From an uncultured Nitrososphaerota archaeon (GTDB lineage Archaea; Thermoproteota; Nitrososphaeria; Nitrososphaerales; Gagatemarchaeaceae), in contig CAVRAG010000007.1 in assembly GCA_963718895.1 (NCBI GenBank), positions 640,001 to 704,000 on the forward strand: DNA of 64,000 nt, read 5' to 3'. Positions 1-8,994 of this stretch are shown here, in pieces. The stretch's first letter is position 1. Each line of letters starts with the position of its first letter. The notes under the pieces were generated by a model. The model saw nothing but the letters and a program-made list of their open reading frames with translations. It was not told where the DNA came from and did not search any database. A program made the position numbers and the translations under genes.

Positions 1-138
1 CGCGACCGGACATGGACCCGTGCGCCGATTCGCAGTATGTAGTGCGCCAGAACCCCAAGTCTGGACCCAGCGTCCACAGGGTCGTTATGCTCACCGGATG
101 GCGACGCGTCCCGGTCCACGTCGGCCGGCTATCTCTGA

Positions 139-762
139 CTAATGTACGCGAGTCGGGTCCGTCATCAGCTGCCTCAGGCCGAACAGCGCGAGGGCTATTA
201 TCAGGATGCTCACTACGAAGAAGCTGTCAATGAAGATGACGTTCGAAAAGATGGAGTTCAAGGCGACGGCGACAATCAGGCCGAGTATTCCGAAGACGAT
301 GGCGACGAGAGCACCGGAGATGGCCGGCCTCCAGAGATAGAATCCGGCGGCTATGCCGATTGCGCCGAAGACCATCACGCCAAGCCCGATGAAGACTATC
401 GTGCTCTGGGAGTAGGTGAGAATCGGACCCAAGAACGCGAAGTCCGGCGAAAAGAGGTTGCCGAAGAGGTTGTTCCCCCCGAAGTCGCCTGCCAGGATGC
501 CCGCGAAGAGCACGAAGCAGCTCACTATCACAGCCACCCCTCCGACTAGGTACGCGAAGATAGATCCGGCCATGACGGCAGTGCCCCTGTTCTTCTCACC
601 AGACACAACCCTGGCCGTCAGCTTCCGTCCGAAGACCTTGTCAGCATCGTCCTTGCAGTAGAACTTCCCGCCAATCTTCACTACGCAGGCGGTGCACAGA
701 CCCCTCCCGCACGCCGAGCAGACACCTATGGCATCGGTGTTCTGGTGGACGTAGCATTTCAT
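139..762 (-). CDS. B-box-type zinc finger membrane protein
   Basis: Start moved to ATG 762: MKCYVH..CSAC..LCTAC..FYC (B-box-like Cys/His pattern), then about 4 hydrophobic TM segments; AT-rich box about 30 nt upstream. Confidence 0.75.
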   Translation of the reverse strand: MKCYVHQNTDAIGVCSACGRGLCTACVVKIGGKFYCKDDADKVFGRKLTARVVSGEKNRGTAVMAGSIFAYLVGGVAVIVSCFVLFAGILAGDFGGNNLFGNLFSPDFAFLGPILTYSQSTIVFIGLGVMVFGAIGIAAGFYLWRPAISGALVAIVFGILGLIVAVALNSIFSNVIFIDSFFVVSILIIALALFGLRQLMTDPTRVH

Positions 763-875
763 GGTCTCGGGGACCTCGGCATCAGCGTAGCCTAAAAAGT
801 GTTTACGGACGCTTCCCCGCTGCGAGGGAAACCCATATGACCGGCGGTCGGCGATGCTCCTGACCCTGATTGGAA

Positions 876-1037
876 TTGGCGAACGAGAGGCGTGGTCCAC
901 CTATCCGATGCCAGAGGTGCGGCAGCGCCAACCTGGAATCGGTCGGTTCTGACTCGAATCACTGGCACGCAAGGTGCGTGGACTGTGGGTTCGCGTTCAT
1001 TGTCGAGGGAATCGACCCCGGCTCTCCGCCGAGCTGA
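876..1037 (+). CDS. 53-aa zinc-ribbon microprotein (below the ORF-track cutoff)
   Basis: Hand translation from TTG 876: MANERRGPPIRCQRCGSANLESVGSDSNHWHARCVDCGFAFIVEGIDPGSPPS*, with two CxxCG knuckles. Confidence 0.6.
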   Translation: MANERRGPPIRCQRCGSANLESVGSDSNHWHARCVDCGFAFIVEGIDPGSPPS

Positions 1038-1603
1038 GCGGTAGCGTCCGGGAGCGTATCCTCCCCTCGTTGAATCCTGCGATACCTCTTCAGTACCTTG
1101 AGGTTCCTGCCAAAGAGGAGCCCGACCCCGAAGATCAGGAGGAGGTCGGTGGCTACCGTCCCGTAGAGAGCTGTCCCGGAAAGGGTCAGGCCGGGAGTGA
1201 AGCTAAAGGCCGACGGTCCTATGACGACGTAGTCTATGGCGAGCCTTGCAACCAAGCCGGCGAGATAGATTGCGTAAATGACGACTCCCCCCCTGAAGTA
1301 TATCGAGCCGTCGGATCCCCTCCAGAACGTTATCCTCCTGTCGGCGAAGATGTACGAGCCGACAGCTGCGGCAGCGGCGAGGAGGGCGTAGACGGGTGCC
1401 AGAAATACTGAGACCCCCTCGTAGAAGGAGGTGCCACAGAAGACCACGCCCAGGGCGATGTAGACCATCGCGAACGTCACGGTCCGGGCCATGCTCAGGC
1501 GCGTCCCCCGGTACATCCTGTAGGTCCTCCGGATCGCCACGAAGACTATCAAGGCGAAGACGATCAGAATCGTCTCTGAGCCGGAGGACTGGGACGCAGA
1601 CAA
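959..1603 (-). CDS. CcdC/DUF1453-like membrane protein
   Basis: About 5 TM helices, ITFWRGSDGSIYFRGG loop typical of the family; TATA-like box at about 1631-1637. Confidence 0.6.
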   Translation of the reverse strand: MSASQSSGSETILIVFALIVFVAIRRTYRMYRGTRLSMARTVTFAMVYIALGVVFCGTSFYEGVSVFLAPVYALLAAAAAVGSYIFADRRITFWRGSDGSIYFRGGVVIYAIYLAGLVARLAIDYVVIGPSAFSFTPGLTLSGTALYGTVATDLLLIFGVGLLFGRNLKVLKRYRRIQRGEDTLPDATAQLGGEPGSIPSTMNANPQSTHLACQ

Positions 1604-1652
1604 GATTCCGTCATGGGGTCCCTCGCGAGATTATATCTCTTCGGGCGCTGCG

Positions 1653-2688
1653 AGGTGTGTCGAATAACTAACTCCTCTGTCAACCTTCTTTCATTCGTTC
1701 CCTGATGGGATTGAGAAGATCTCGCTCTCTCGTGCCCGAGAAGAAGAAGCGGAACTGGAAGGAGTACAACGAGTCGCTGGTGAGGAGGGGAGAACTCCTC
1801 TTCGATACCGATTTTTTATCTGGTTGGAGCAGAGAACTAGAGAGTCTCAACGAGGAGAAGGAAGGAGCGAGGTATCGCTATCCAGACTCGTTAATGAGTA
1901 TGCTCGCAGCCATCCACGTGTACCTGCTCCCGTACAGGGAGCTGGAAGGGTTCCTCAGGATGTTCTCGGGGCACGTAGAAGGGTTGAGAGTCCCAGACTA
2001 CACCACGATGTGGTGGAGGATATCAAGGGTGAAGGTGGAGCTCGACCCAAGTGTGGATCCAAAGGAAGACGTGACCATAGCGGTTGACTCGACTGGCATC
2101 AAGGTCTCCAACCACGGGGACTGGATGAGGCACGTCTGGAAGGTGAAGCGGCCCTTCATCAAGGTACATCTCGCAGTGGACGTCAGGACCGGGAAGATAC
2201 TGTCGATGGAGGTGACGAAGGAAGAGGTAAGAGACGCAGAGATGCTCGTCCCGCTGGTCGAGCGAGCGTCCTCGAGCGCGAAGGTGGCGAGGCTGATGGG
2301 CGACGGGGGATACGATTCGAGAGCCAACTTCAGGTACCTCCACGATAACGGGATTGAGCCCGTCATCAAGGTAAGGAAAAATGCCTCGTCGCACGCACAC
2401 GGGTGCATGCCGAGGAAGCTCGTCGCGATGGAGCAGCTGAGAGACTACGAGAGATGGAAGACGAGGCACGGGTACGGCCAGAGAGCGAGGGTCGAGTCGG
2501 CGATATCGTCGTTCAAGAGGACGTTCGGGGAGCACGTAACCTCGGTGAGGTGGAGGAGCGTGGTCAACGAGCTGCTCGTCAAGGCGTCGGTCTACAACCT
2601 GTTCGTCGGGAAGAACCTGTAGCAATGGCTAGGAGTCGGCGAAACCACGAGCAAGAAGTGACGCACCGTCAAGTTATTCGACACACCT
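1653..2688. mobile_element. Complete IS5-family (IS903-like) insertion sequence, 1036 bp
   Basis: Perfect 17-bp terminal inverted repeats AGGTGTGTCGAATAACT (1653-1669 and 2672-2688), 9-bp target duplication GGCGCTGCG (1644-1652 and 2689-2697), single transposase inside. Confidence 0.95.
1705..2622 (+). CDS. IS5-family DDE transposase
   Basis: RNWKEYNESLVRRG N-terminus, PDYTT, AVDSTGIK, GDGGYD and YGQRARVES..K motifs (start may be GTG 1732). Confidence 0.93.
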   Translation: MGLRRSRSLVPEKKKRNWKEYNESLVRRGELLFDTDFLSGWSRELESLNEEKEGARYRYPDSLMSMLAAIHVYLLPYRELEGFLRMFSGHVEGLRVPDYTTMWWRISRVKVELDPSVDPKEDVTIAVDSTGIKVSNHGDWMRHVWKVKRPFIKVHLAVDVRTGKILSMEVTKEEVRDAEMLVPLVERASSSAKVARLMGDGGYDSRANFRYLHDNGIEPVIKVRKNASSHAHGCMPRKLVAMEQLRDYERWKTRHGYGQRARVESAISSFKRTFGEHVTSVRWRSVVNELLVKASVYNLFVGKNL

Positions 2689-2743
2689 GGCGCTGCGACA
2701 ACGGTTAATATCTAGTTCGCCCATTTAAGTACGGCGCAGCCTG

Positions 2744-3118
2744 TTGGACCCATACTCCTCGGCTTCCGTCTGGCATGAGAGAGAAGAAGCCTGGCACGAG
2801 ATACTACCGGGTGTTCGCAGACGCATCGCAAATCACTCGTCCACCGGGATGATGGTCATGTACAAGATCGATCCAGGAAAGGTCTTCGCGTGGCACAACC
2901 ACCCCCACGCGCAATTCGGAGTACTCCTGGAGGGAGGAGGGACCTTCAAGGTCGGCGAAGTGGAATGGAGGGCCGGGCCCGGAGACGGTTACTACATCCC
3001 ACCGGGAGTGTTCCACGAACTCAGGACGGACGGAGAGAAGCCCAGCGTAATCATCGACTTCTTCACCCCGGAGAGGGACGACTACCTGGGCGAGGCGCTA
3101 GCCCCTGACGACGCGTGA
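2744..3118 (+). CDS. Cupin-domain protein
   Basis: WHNHPHAQ and GDGYYIPPGVFH cupin motifs; TTTAAG box upstream. Confidence 0.85.
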   Translation: MDPYSSASVWHEREEAWHEILPGVRRRIANHSSTGMMVMYKIDPGKVFAWHNHPHAQFGVLLEGGGTFKVGEVEWRAGPGDGYYIPPGVFHELRTDGEKPSVIIDFFTPERDDYLGEALAPDDA

Positions 3119-3194
3119 CGGGATAGAACGCCCCCGTTCTCCTGATTCAACGAGATCAGGGAGCAGATAATAGTCTGCGGCTTGGTGACCGGCC

Positions 3195-3752
3195 GTGCCA
3201 GGACGAGCAGGGACTGCCAAGGAGTACCTCGGGTTCTTCAAAACCGCTGGTCGCCTGAAGGACGAACCCCGGAGAGGATGGATTCTCAAGCTCGGCGTGG
3301 GAAATCCTGAGTCGGTGGCGGACCACACGTGCCGGACCGCCCTGATGGCGATGGTCTACAGTGACCTCCGGGGATTGGACACGGAGAGGGTCCTCAAGAT
3401 GGCCCTGATCCATGATCTTCCGGAGGCGCTCGTCGGGGACTCAATCCCGGGTGAGCGCACGAGGAGGCAGAAGCTGACCCTAGAGTCCGCAGCCATGAAG
3501 AAGATCCTGGTCGTTCTGCCGCCCGAACGGAGAAAGGAGTATTGGGCCATCTGGCTCGAATTCACTCACGGAGAGTCGGAAGAGGCCCGACTGGTCAGGC
3601 AGGTCGACAAACTCGAGATGGCCGTCCAGGCCTCGGAGTACAGCCCATCTCGCGCCGATCCGACGACCGAGGAGTTCATGAAGACAGCTCGCGCCAGCTT
3701 AACCGACGACGATCTCCTCGAGCTCCTGGATCTGGTCTCCCCGACGGGATAA
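3195..3752 (+). CDS. HD-domain 5'-deoxynucleotidase-like hydrolase (HDDC2/YfbR type)
   Basis: LK..RRGW, ESVADH, LIHDLPEA..GD and VDKLEM motifs. Confidence 0.88.
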   Translation: MPGRAGTAKEYLGFFKTAGRLKDEPRRGWILKLGVGNPESVADHTCRTALMAMVYSDLRGLDTERVLKMALIHDLPEALVGDSIPGERTRRQKLTLESAAMKKILVVLPPERRKEYWAIWLEFTHGESEEARLVRQVDKLEMAVQASEYSPSRADPTTEEFMKTARASLTDDDLLELLDLVSPTG

Positions 3753-3767
3753 ACGGCCCCCCTTCTC

Positions 3768-4130
3768 TCAGAGCGGGCAGTTGACCTCCTCTGCACTGAT
3801 GATCCTGCCATCCTCGATGGTCTGGAACGCGATTACCTTGAACCTCAGACGCGTGCCATCGTTCCTTGTTGCGTCGACCGCGTGAATCTCCGCTATCGTA
3901 TTGCCGTTGGTCACCAACCTCGTAATTTCGACGGTGCTGGATCTGAGGGTCGCCTTGATGGCAGAGACGCCCTCCATGAACTGGCTGAAGCTGTACTTCT
4001 TGCCGTTCAGGTCCTGGGTGTAGTTGGCGCTGTAGAATTCGAGCATGTCACGGTCGGTCGCGGCAGGGTCGAACAGTCTGGCGAACGTCCGCTCAAGGAA
4101 CAGCCGCGCCTCTTCGGAATTCAAGGGCAT
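3768..4130 (-). CDS. SnoaL/NTF2-like protein
   Basis: 120 aa with NTF2-like pattern ending IEDGRI..EE. Confidence 0.7.
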   Translation of the reverse strand: MPLNSEEARLFLERTFARLFDPAATDRDMLEFYSANYTQDLNGKKYSFSQFMEGVSAIKATLRSSTVEITRLVTNGNTIAEIHAVDATRNDGTRLRFKVIAFQTIEDGRIISAEEVNCPL

Positions 4131-4240
4131 CTCTCTGGAGCACGGTCTAGGTGCCCCTCAAAAACGTGGCGGGGGAGAGGCTCCCTGCGACCTCCAAAAA
4201 AAGCAAATATTGGACGGCTCGCCAGCAGGGGAGGGTAAAG

Positions 4241-4726
4241 ATGGACGACACTCCAGACGACATAACCAAGATATTGGGTCCAAACGAACAGGTCGAGCTC
4301 TACATCAAGCAGAAGATCTATCATCCTGCAATAAACATAGACTCGGTTCTCATAACCAACGAGCGGATAATCCTCCGACATCCGCACGCGCTACGCCTGA
4401 AGAAGGACTACACAGATTTCAACTATCAGGACATCGCGAACGTCGTCCTTGACAAGGGCCTGATCAGGTCCACGGTCAGGTGCACCCTGCGCCTGGGGGG
4501 CGAGCCTCTTTCATTGAACGACCTGCCCAACTCGGATGCGGAAAAAGCGTACGGGCTGATCAGGGAGAATCTCGTCAGATACCAGGCGCCCTTCACCGCC
4601 GGCTACGCGGGCATCCCCATGGGACAGCAGCCCTCCGCTGCGCAGGCCGTGAGGACCTGCCCCAAGTGCGGGGCGATGGTCCCCGCAGGCCAGAAGTTCT
4701 GCGGGAGCTGTGGCACGCCGATGTGA
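4241..4726 (+). CDS. Prokaryotic PH-domain protein with C-terminal zinc ribbon
   Basis: ILGPNEQV..SVLITNERII PH pattern; CPKCG..KFCGSCG; ATG at 4241. Confidence 0.8.
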   Translation: MDDTPDDITKILGPNEQVELYIKQKIYHPAINIDSVLITNERIILRHPHALRLKKDYTDFNYQDIANVVLDKGLIRSTVRCTLRLGGEPLSLNDLPNSDAEKAYGLIRENLVRYQAPFTAGYAGIPMGQQPSAAQAVRTCPKCGAMVPAGQKFCGSCGTPM

Positions 4727-4730
4727 GAAC

Positions 4731-5168
4731 CTATCGAGTGTAGTAGAGCTCGATGAAATAGAAGGCATAGGCGCCGATGAAGCTCCCGCCCATCTGGGCG
4801 GACGCACCGTTGTCCTGAAACCCCGATAGGACGAAGAGCAGGCCGCCGACGCCAGCGGAGAGGATCGCCAGGAACCCAAGAATCGATACGATGCGGACGC
4901 TCGTTGGTTTCGACCGCTGCGACATGGCGAGCACGACCACCGAGAGCGCAAAGAGGAGCACGCCCTCTGCCGCGTGCCAGACCAGGATCGCCCCGCCTGC
5001 GGATATCGCACCGCCTACGTCACCTATCGACGGGCCAACGGTACCTGACGGGAATGTGGTGAAGAGGTTCACCGTGTCCCCCGTCCAGCCTTGGACCGTG
5101 AGTACCAAGAGGACCAGGACGATGGAGACCCTCAGGACTCGTCGGTCCCCGATAGAGGTCCTGGTCAA
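4731..5168 (-). CDS. Hypothetical 4-TM membrane protein
   Basis: Four hydrophobic segments, including WHAAEG. Confidence 0.6.
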   Translation of the reverse strand: MTRTSIGDRRVLRVSIVLVLLVLTVQGWTGDTVNLFTTFPSGTVGPSIGDVGGAISAGGAILVWHAAEGVLLFALSVVVLAMSQRSKPTSVRIVSILGFLAILSAGVGGLLFVLSGFQDNGASAQMGGSFIGAYAFYFIELYYTR

Positions 5169-5235
5169 TGCCTATCAAGCGTGACGTCGCGCCGCTCTCG
5201 ACCTTTGAACTGCACAGGAGGATGGCGGTTAGAGA

Positions 5236-5481
5236 TCATGATTGCGGGGCCCTCTCCCGGCGACCCTCGACCGCCCTTCGCCAGGCCTCCGCGAGCTTGA
5301 CCTTCTTGCTCCCCGAATCTGACTCCGCCTCGACCAGGACCCCCATGCGCAGCAACCTGTCGGTCGTCGTCCGCTCAGAGGCCGACAGGTCGGCGTACTC
5401 TACCGAAGATCCGAAGACTACGAGGTAGCTGATGAACTGCATGTCCCGAACGATCCCATCTCCCGAATCCTCCTTCTGCAC
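5236..5481 (-). CDS. Small hypothetical protein (possible winged helix)
   Basis: GTG 5481 after a GGAGAGG-like site; DRLLRMGVLVE..KVKL resembles a wHTH wing. Confidence 0.35.
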   Translation of the reverse strand: MQKEDSGDGIVRDMQFISYLVVFGSSVEYADLSASERTTTDRLLRMGVLVEAESDSGSKKVKLAEAWRRAVEGRRERAPQS

Positions 5482-5600
5482 CCTCTCCCCGCGATAGCCC
5501 ACGCGGGTATCGTGCTCTTTCTCATGGGTCGACCGCCCCTGTGAGAGTACCTGGGTCCTCCCCCGCCATCCCCACGGGGCCGCGGATCCTGAGCGACGTC

Positions 5601-6383
5601 CTAGGTCCACCCTCCCAGTATGCCTCCGTCCACGGGCAGCGCAGCCCCCGTGACGAATGAGGATTCGTCCGAGGCGAGAAAGAGCGCCATGTTCGCGACC
5701 TCCGCGGGCGACCCTATTCGCCCCAGGGGGTGCTTCTTGATGAGATCCGCTTCGGCAGCTTCAGGGTCTGTGGCCTGGGCGAGGATGTCCCTGAGCATGG
5801 GTGTATCGATCGCGCCAGGGCAGATGCAGTTGACGCGGATATTGAACTCTGCGACGTCCATCGCGACGGCCCTCGTGAGCATGAGCACACCCCCCTTCGA
5901 TGCATCGTACGCAGCCTCCTTCTTCATCGCCATCAGGGAGTTTATCGACCCCGTGTTGATAATCACCCCCCTCTTCCTCTTTATCATGTGAGGCAGGACG
6001 TACCTCGTGCAGAGAAAGGTGCCGGTGAGGTTCGTCCCTATGACATCTGCCCATTCGGCCTCGGAGGTCTCGAGCACGGTGCCCACAGGGGAGAGAGCGG
6101 CGTTGTTGAAGAGCACGTCCACCGTCCCGAACTGTTTCACCGTCGACTCGACGAGTTTCTGCACGTCGGAGCTCTTCGATACGTCGGTCCTCACAAAGAT
6201 AGCTTCGCCGTTCTCTCTCTTGATTGCGGCGACGACCTCCCTCCCTTTCGAGGCATTGCGCCCCGCTATCACGACCCTTGAGCCTTCCCTTGCAAAGAGC
6301 ATAGCCGTCGCCCTTCCTATCCCGGAGTTCCCGCCAGTAATAATTGAGACCCGGCCTTTCAGCTTCATCGCTTCAGTTGCCAC
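5601..6383 (-). CDS. SDR family oxidoreductase
   Basis: TGGNSGIG, NNAA, YDASK, RVNCICPG and VDGG motifs. Confidence 0.95.
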   Translation of the reverse strand: MATEAMKLKGRVSIITGGNSGIGRATAMLFAREGSRVVIAGRNASKGREVVAAIKRENGEAIFVRTDVSKSSDVQKLVESTVKQFGTVDVLFNNAALSPVGTVLETSEAEWADVIGTNLTGTFLCTRYVLPHMIKRKRGVIINTGSINSLMAMKKEAAYDASKGGVLMLTRAVAMDVAEFNIRVNCICPGAIDTPMLRDILAQATDPEAAEADLIKKHPLGRIGSPAEVANMALFLASDESSFVTGAALPVDGGILGGWT

Positions 6384-6655
6384 GGCGAGGCTAAAGAAGC
6401 CTTCTGGCTGGATCGGAGGAGGCGGAGGGCCAAGAAAGCCGTCTCCAGGGCAGTCGACCGCCCTCGGGCACTTTCGCGATAGGTCGTTATCCGCCTGCGA
6501 ACATAACCCGCCATGCGCACGAGGCCGTAGAGTTCTAGGATTGACCCTAGGTAGAGAATTGTGAGGACGAGCAGCGGGACGTGGACGAAGGGGTACGCGG
6601 AGACGTCGAAGACATAGACTGCGGAAATCACGCCCTGGGCAAGCAGCAGTTTCAT
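6365..6655 (-). CDS. Small hypothetical membrane protein
   Basis: Two hydrophobic segments; fills the gap between the hxlR-like and SDR genes. Confidence 0.35.
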   Translation of the reverse strand: MKLLLAQGVISAVYVFDVSAYPFVHVPLLVLTILYLGSILELYGLVRMAGYVRRRITTYRESARGRSTALETAFLALRLLRSSQKASLASPWQLKR

Positions 6656-6703
6656 CGGTCAGTGAGATTCGATGGGCAGCTATACCCCTAGCGGAGGAAT
6701 CCT

Positions 6704-7180
6704 CTATCTTCGCTCCTTCAGTCTAGAGTCCACCGTGAGATTGACGTAGCTCCTCTCGAGGTTCTTCTGCGGGAAGACCTCCTTGACCTCCCTGGGTCTG
6801 CGGTCAGCGAAGACGCTGTCCGCGTGCCACTTCGACCCGAAGGCGAAGAAGCTCATAAGAATCGGAAGCGCATCCCACCCCTTCTCGGTGAGGCTCCATC
6901 TGACGACGTTGGCGAGATCAGTATCCACCGTCTTCTGGATGATGCCTTCCCTCTCGAGCTCCTTCAGGCGGGCCGAGAGCATCCGTGGCGTCAGACCGGG
7001 TATGCCTCTGAGAAAGTCCGAGAAGCGCTGGGCGTTCTGCATCGACATCTCCCTCAGCATCAGCAGAGTCCACTTCCTCCCGAACACCCCTAGGCTGGCA
7101 GCGATGGGGCACCCCACGATCGGGGCTTCTGTGGCTATTGGTGTCCCTTTGGTCCAGTATTCGAACGGCGAGCTTGCCAA
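6704..7180 (-). CDS. HxlR-family transcriptional regulator
   Basis: CPI..SLGVFGRKWTLL, RFSDF, LSARLKELE..G and WSLTEKG motifs. Confidence 0.9.
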   Translation of the reverse strand: MASSPFEYWTKGTPIATEAPIVGCPIAASLGVFGRKWTLLMLREMSMQNAQRFSDFLRGIPGLTPRMLSARLKELEREGIIQKTVDTDLANVVRWSLTEKGWDALPILMSFFAFGSKWHADSVFADRRPREVKEVFPQKNLERSYVNLTVDSRLKERR

Positions 7181-7335
7181 ATGCGGTCTCCCAAATCACA
7201 GGGCGCGCCGCTATTTATCTTGTATACTTTGTATAGCGTGCCCGTCTCAGAGGATTGTGGTCCCATCTGGCCGAAACAATCACGAAGGAGACGCGATTGA
7301 CAATCCTGCGCCTCGGCGGAGTGCAACTCTTCGAT

Positions 7336-7923
7336 CTACTTGTGGAATCTTCCGAATATCCTCTTGAGGAAGCCGCCTTCCTGAGGCGAGGACTCAGCGA
7401 CCGGGACCTCCACAGTGAAGGTCTGCCGACTCGTCGACGCCTCCATAGCTGGAGCGGAAGACTGAACCTTGTCTGCGGCCTCCTGAGGAAAAGGTTGATC
7501 CTGAACTGGAGTGGCGACGAACCCTTCAGGCTCTGCGAGGGCCGGAACTTCCAGGGCGGGGGTCACTTCCACGGGTTCAGGCAGAACCGGGTCGGCCACG
7601 ACGGGCTGGGCTACAATTGTCTCGGCGAGGACTGGCGGGCTGGCGGCGTATGCCGATTCGACCTGCTCCACAGGCTCGACACTTGAGATAGCGTACCCCG
7701 GGCTTGCGGCGGTCTCTGACCTCTTTCGGAAGAAGACGTCGTTGTGAGAGTCCCGCCCCGATGTCGATACCTCGACCGATGCCCCTGTCTCGGCGATGGA
7801 GGACGAAGGAGACGCGAACCCAGAGGACTCCGGCACGGGTCCACCGGTGGTGAACGACGATGCTGCTAGCCTGCTAGACTTCCTCCGGCGCGTGAGGGGG
7901 TCGTCGCCTAAGCCTCGAGGCAA
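7336..7923 (-). CDS. ParA-coupled disordered acidic protein with C-terminal amphipathic helix
   Basis: GAGGAG 8 nt before TTG 7923, overlapping the parA stop; starts MPRGLGDDPL; S/P/E/A/V-rich body; ends EGGFLKRIFGRFHK (195 aa). Confidence 0.7.
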   Translation of the reverse strand: MPRGLGDDPLTRRRKSSRLAASSFTTGGPVPESSGFASPSSSIAETGASVEVSTSGRDSHNDVFFRKRSETAASPGYAISSVEPVEQVESAYAASPPVLAETIVAQPVVADPVLPEPVEVTPALEVPALAEPEGFVATPVQDQPFPQEAADKVQSSAPAMEASTSRQTFTVEVPVAESSPQEGGFLKRIFGRFHK

Positions 7924-8753
7924 CCCAGAATCTCCTCGGTGAGCTTCCCGTAGGCCTTCGCTCCGTTGCAATCGGAATCGTACTCGAAGATAGACTTGTG
8001 ATAGCTCGGCGCCTCGGCAAGCCTGATGTTGACAGGGATGACCGTGGTGAAGACAGGTCCGTCCGTGAAGCCCTTCCTCACCTTTGCCTCGACCTCTCTC
8101 GCCAGGAGCGTCCGTCGGTCGTACAGCGTGAGGACGGCGCCGAGTATCTCCAGGCTGGGGTTTATGTCCTCCTTCACCTTGTGGACGGTGTCCAGGAGCT
8201 GGACCACCCCCTCCATCGCGAAGTACTGCGTCTGGACCGGAATCAAGACCTGATTCGCGGCTGTGAGGGTGTTGACCGTGAGAATGCCGAGAGAAGGGGG
8301 TGTGTCGATCACGACGTAGTCGTACTCGTCTTCCTTGAGCTCCTTCAGCTTCTTCTTCAGCTTGAACTGCATGTTGATGTCGTTCGCCAGGCGAATCTGG
8401 CACGCGCTGAGGTCGCCGCTCGCAGGAGCGACGTCGAGGTTCTCCCTACAGTTCCGGATCAGCACGTCCGAGAGCGAGACCTCCTCGTCGAGGAGCAAAT
8501 CGGCTGTGGTCTTCACGATCGGGGTGTCGGGGCCGACGAGATAGTTCGTGGCATTGGCCTGCGGGTCCATGTCGATGAGCAGGACCCTCTTGCCCGCCGC
8601 GGCAAGCTGGCATGAGAAGTTTACCGTTAGGTCGGTTTTTCCGACACCGCCCTTCTGGTTGGCAACCGCGATTATCCTCGTGAACGCTCCCGTCGTGGCC
8701 GCGCCCGATGGTCCCCTACCGTGGGGCACCTTCTCCAGGGTGGTCATTGTCAA
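7908..8753 (-). CDS. parA: ParA/Soj-family ATPase
   Basis: Deviant Walker A KGGVGKT, DMDPQAN, IDTPPSLG, YDRRT and NIRLAEAPS. Confidence 0.93.
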   Translation of the reverse strand: MTMTTLEKVPHGRGPSGAATTGAFTRIIAVANQKGGVGKTDLTVNFSCQLAAAGKRVLLIDMDPQANATNYLVGPDTPIVKTTADLLLDEEVSLSDVLIRNCRENLDVAPASGDLSACQIRLANDINMQFKLKKKLKELKEDEYDYVVIDTPPSLGILTVNTLTAANQVLIPVQTQYFAMEGVVQLLDTVHKVKEDINPSLEILGAVLTLYDRRTLLAREVEAKVRKGFTDGPVFTTVIPVNIRLAEAPSYHKSIFEYDSDCNGAKAYGKLTEEILGCLEA

Positions 8754-8994
8754 CGATTATCACGCGTATCGCGAGGTGTCCTTCATATTAGGAGAGGGGT
8801 AATTTCCTTTTCTAGCAAGAAGCCAATTCCTTTCCACCACTGACCGAGGCGCGGTCGAGTGGGCACCTGGCACTCCGCCCACCCAGGTGGCGTCATCGTG
8901 GGCCGACCGCTTCGCACGCGGGCGGGATGCGACCGAAGCTGCACGACCCTGCATCGGTCCGGGGGGCGGTCCGAATTCGCCGGAGAGGCTGGCG

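Noticed and set aside
1-138. Possible start of a minus-strand gene running off the left edge
   Set aside because: Too short to support a call
7924-8403. Upstream extension of the 355-aa ORF inside parA
   Set aside because: Arg/Gly-rich off-frame sequence; SD plus TTG at 7923 is the better start
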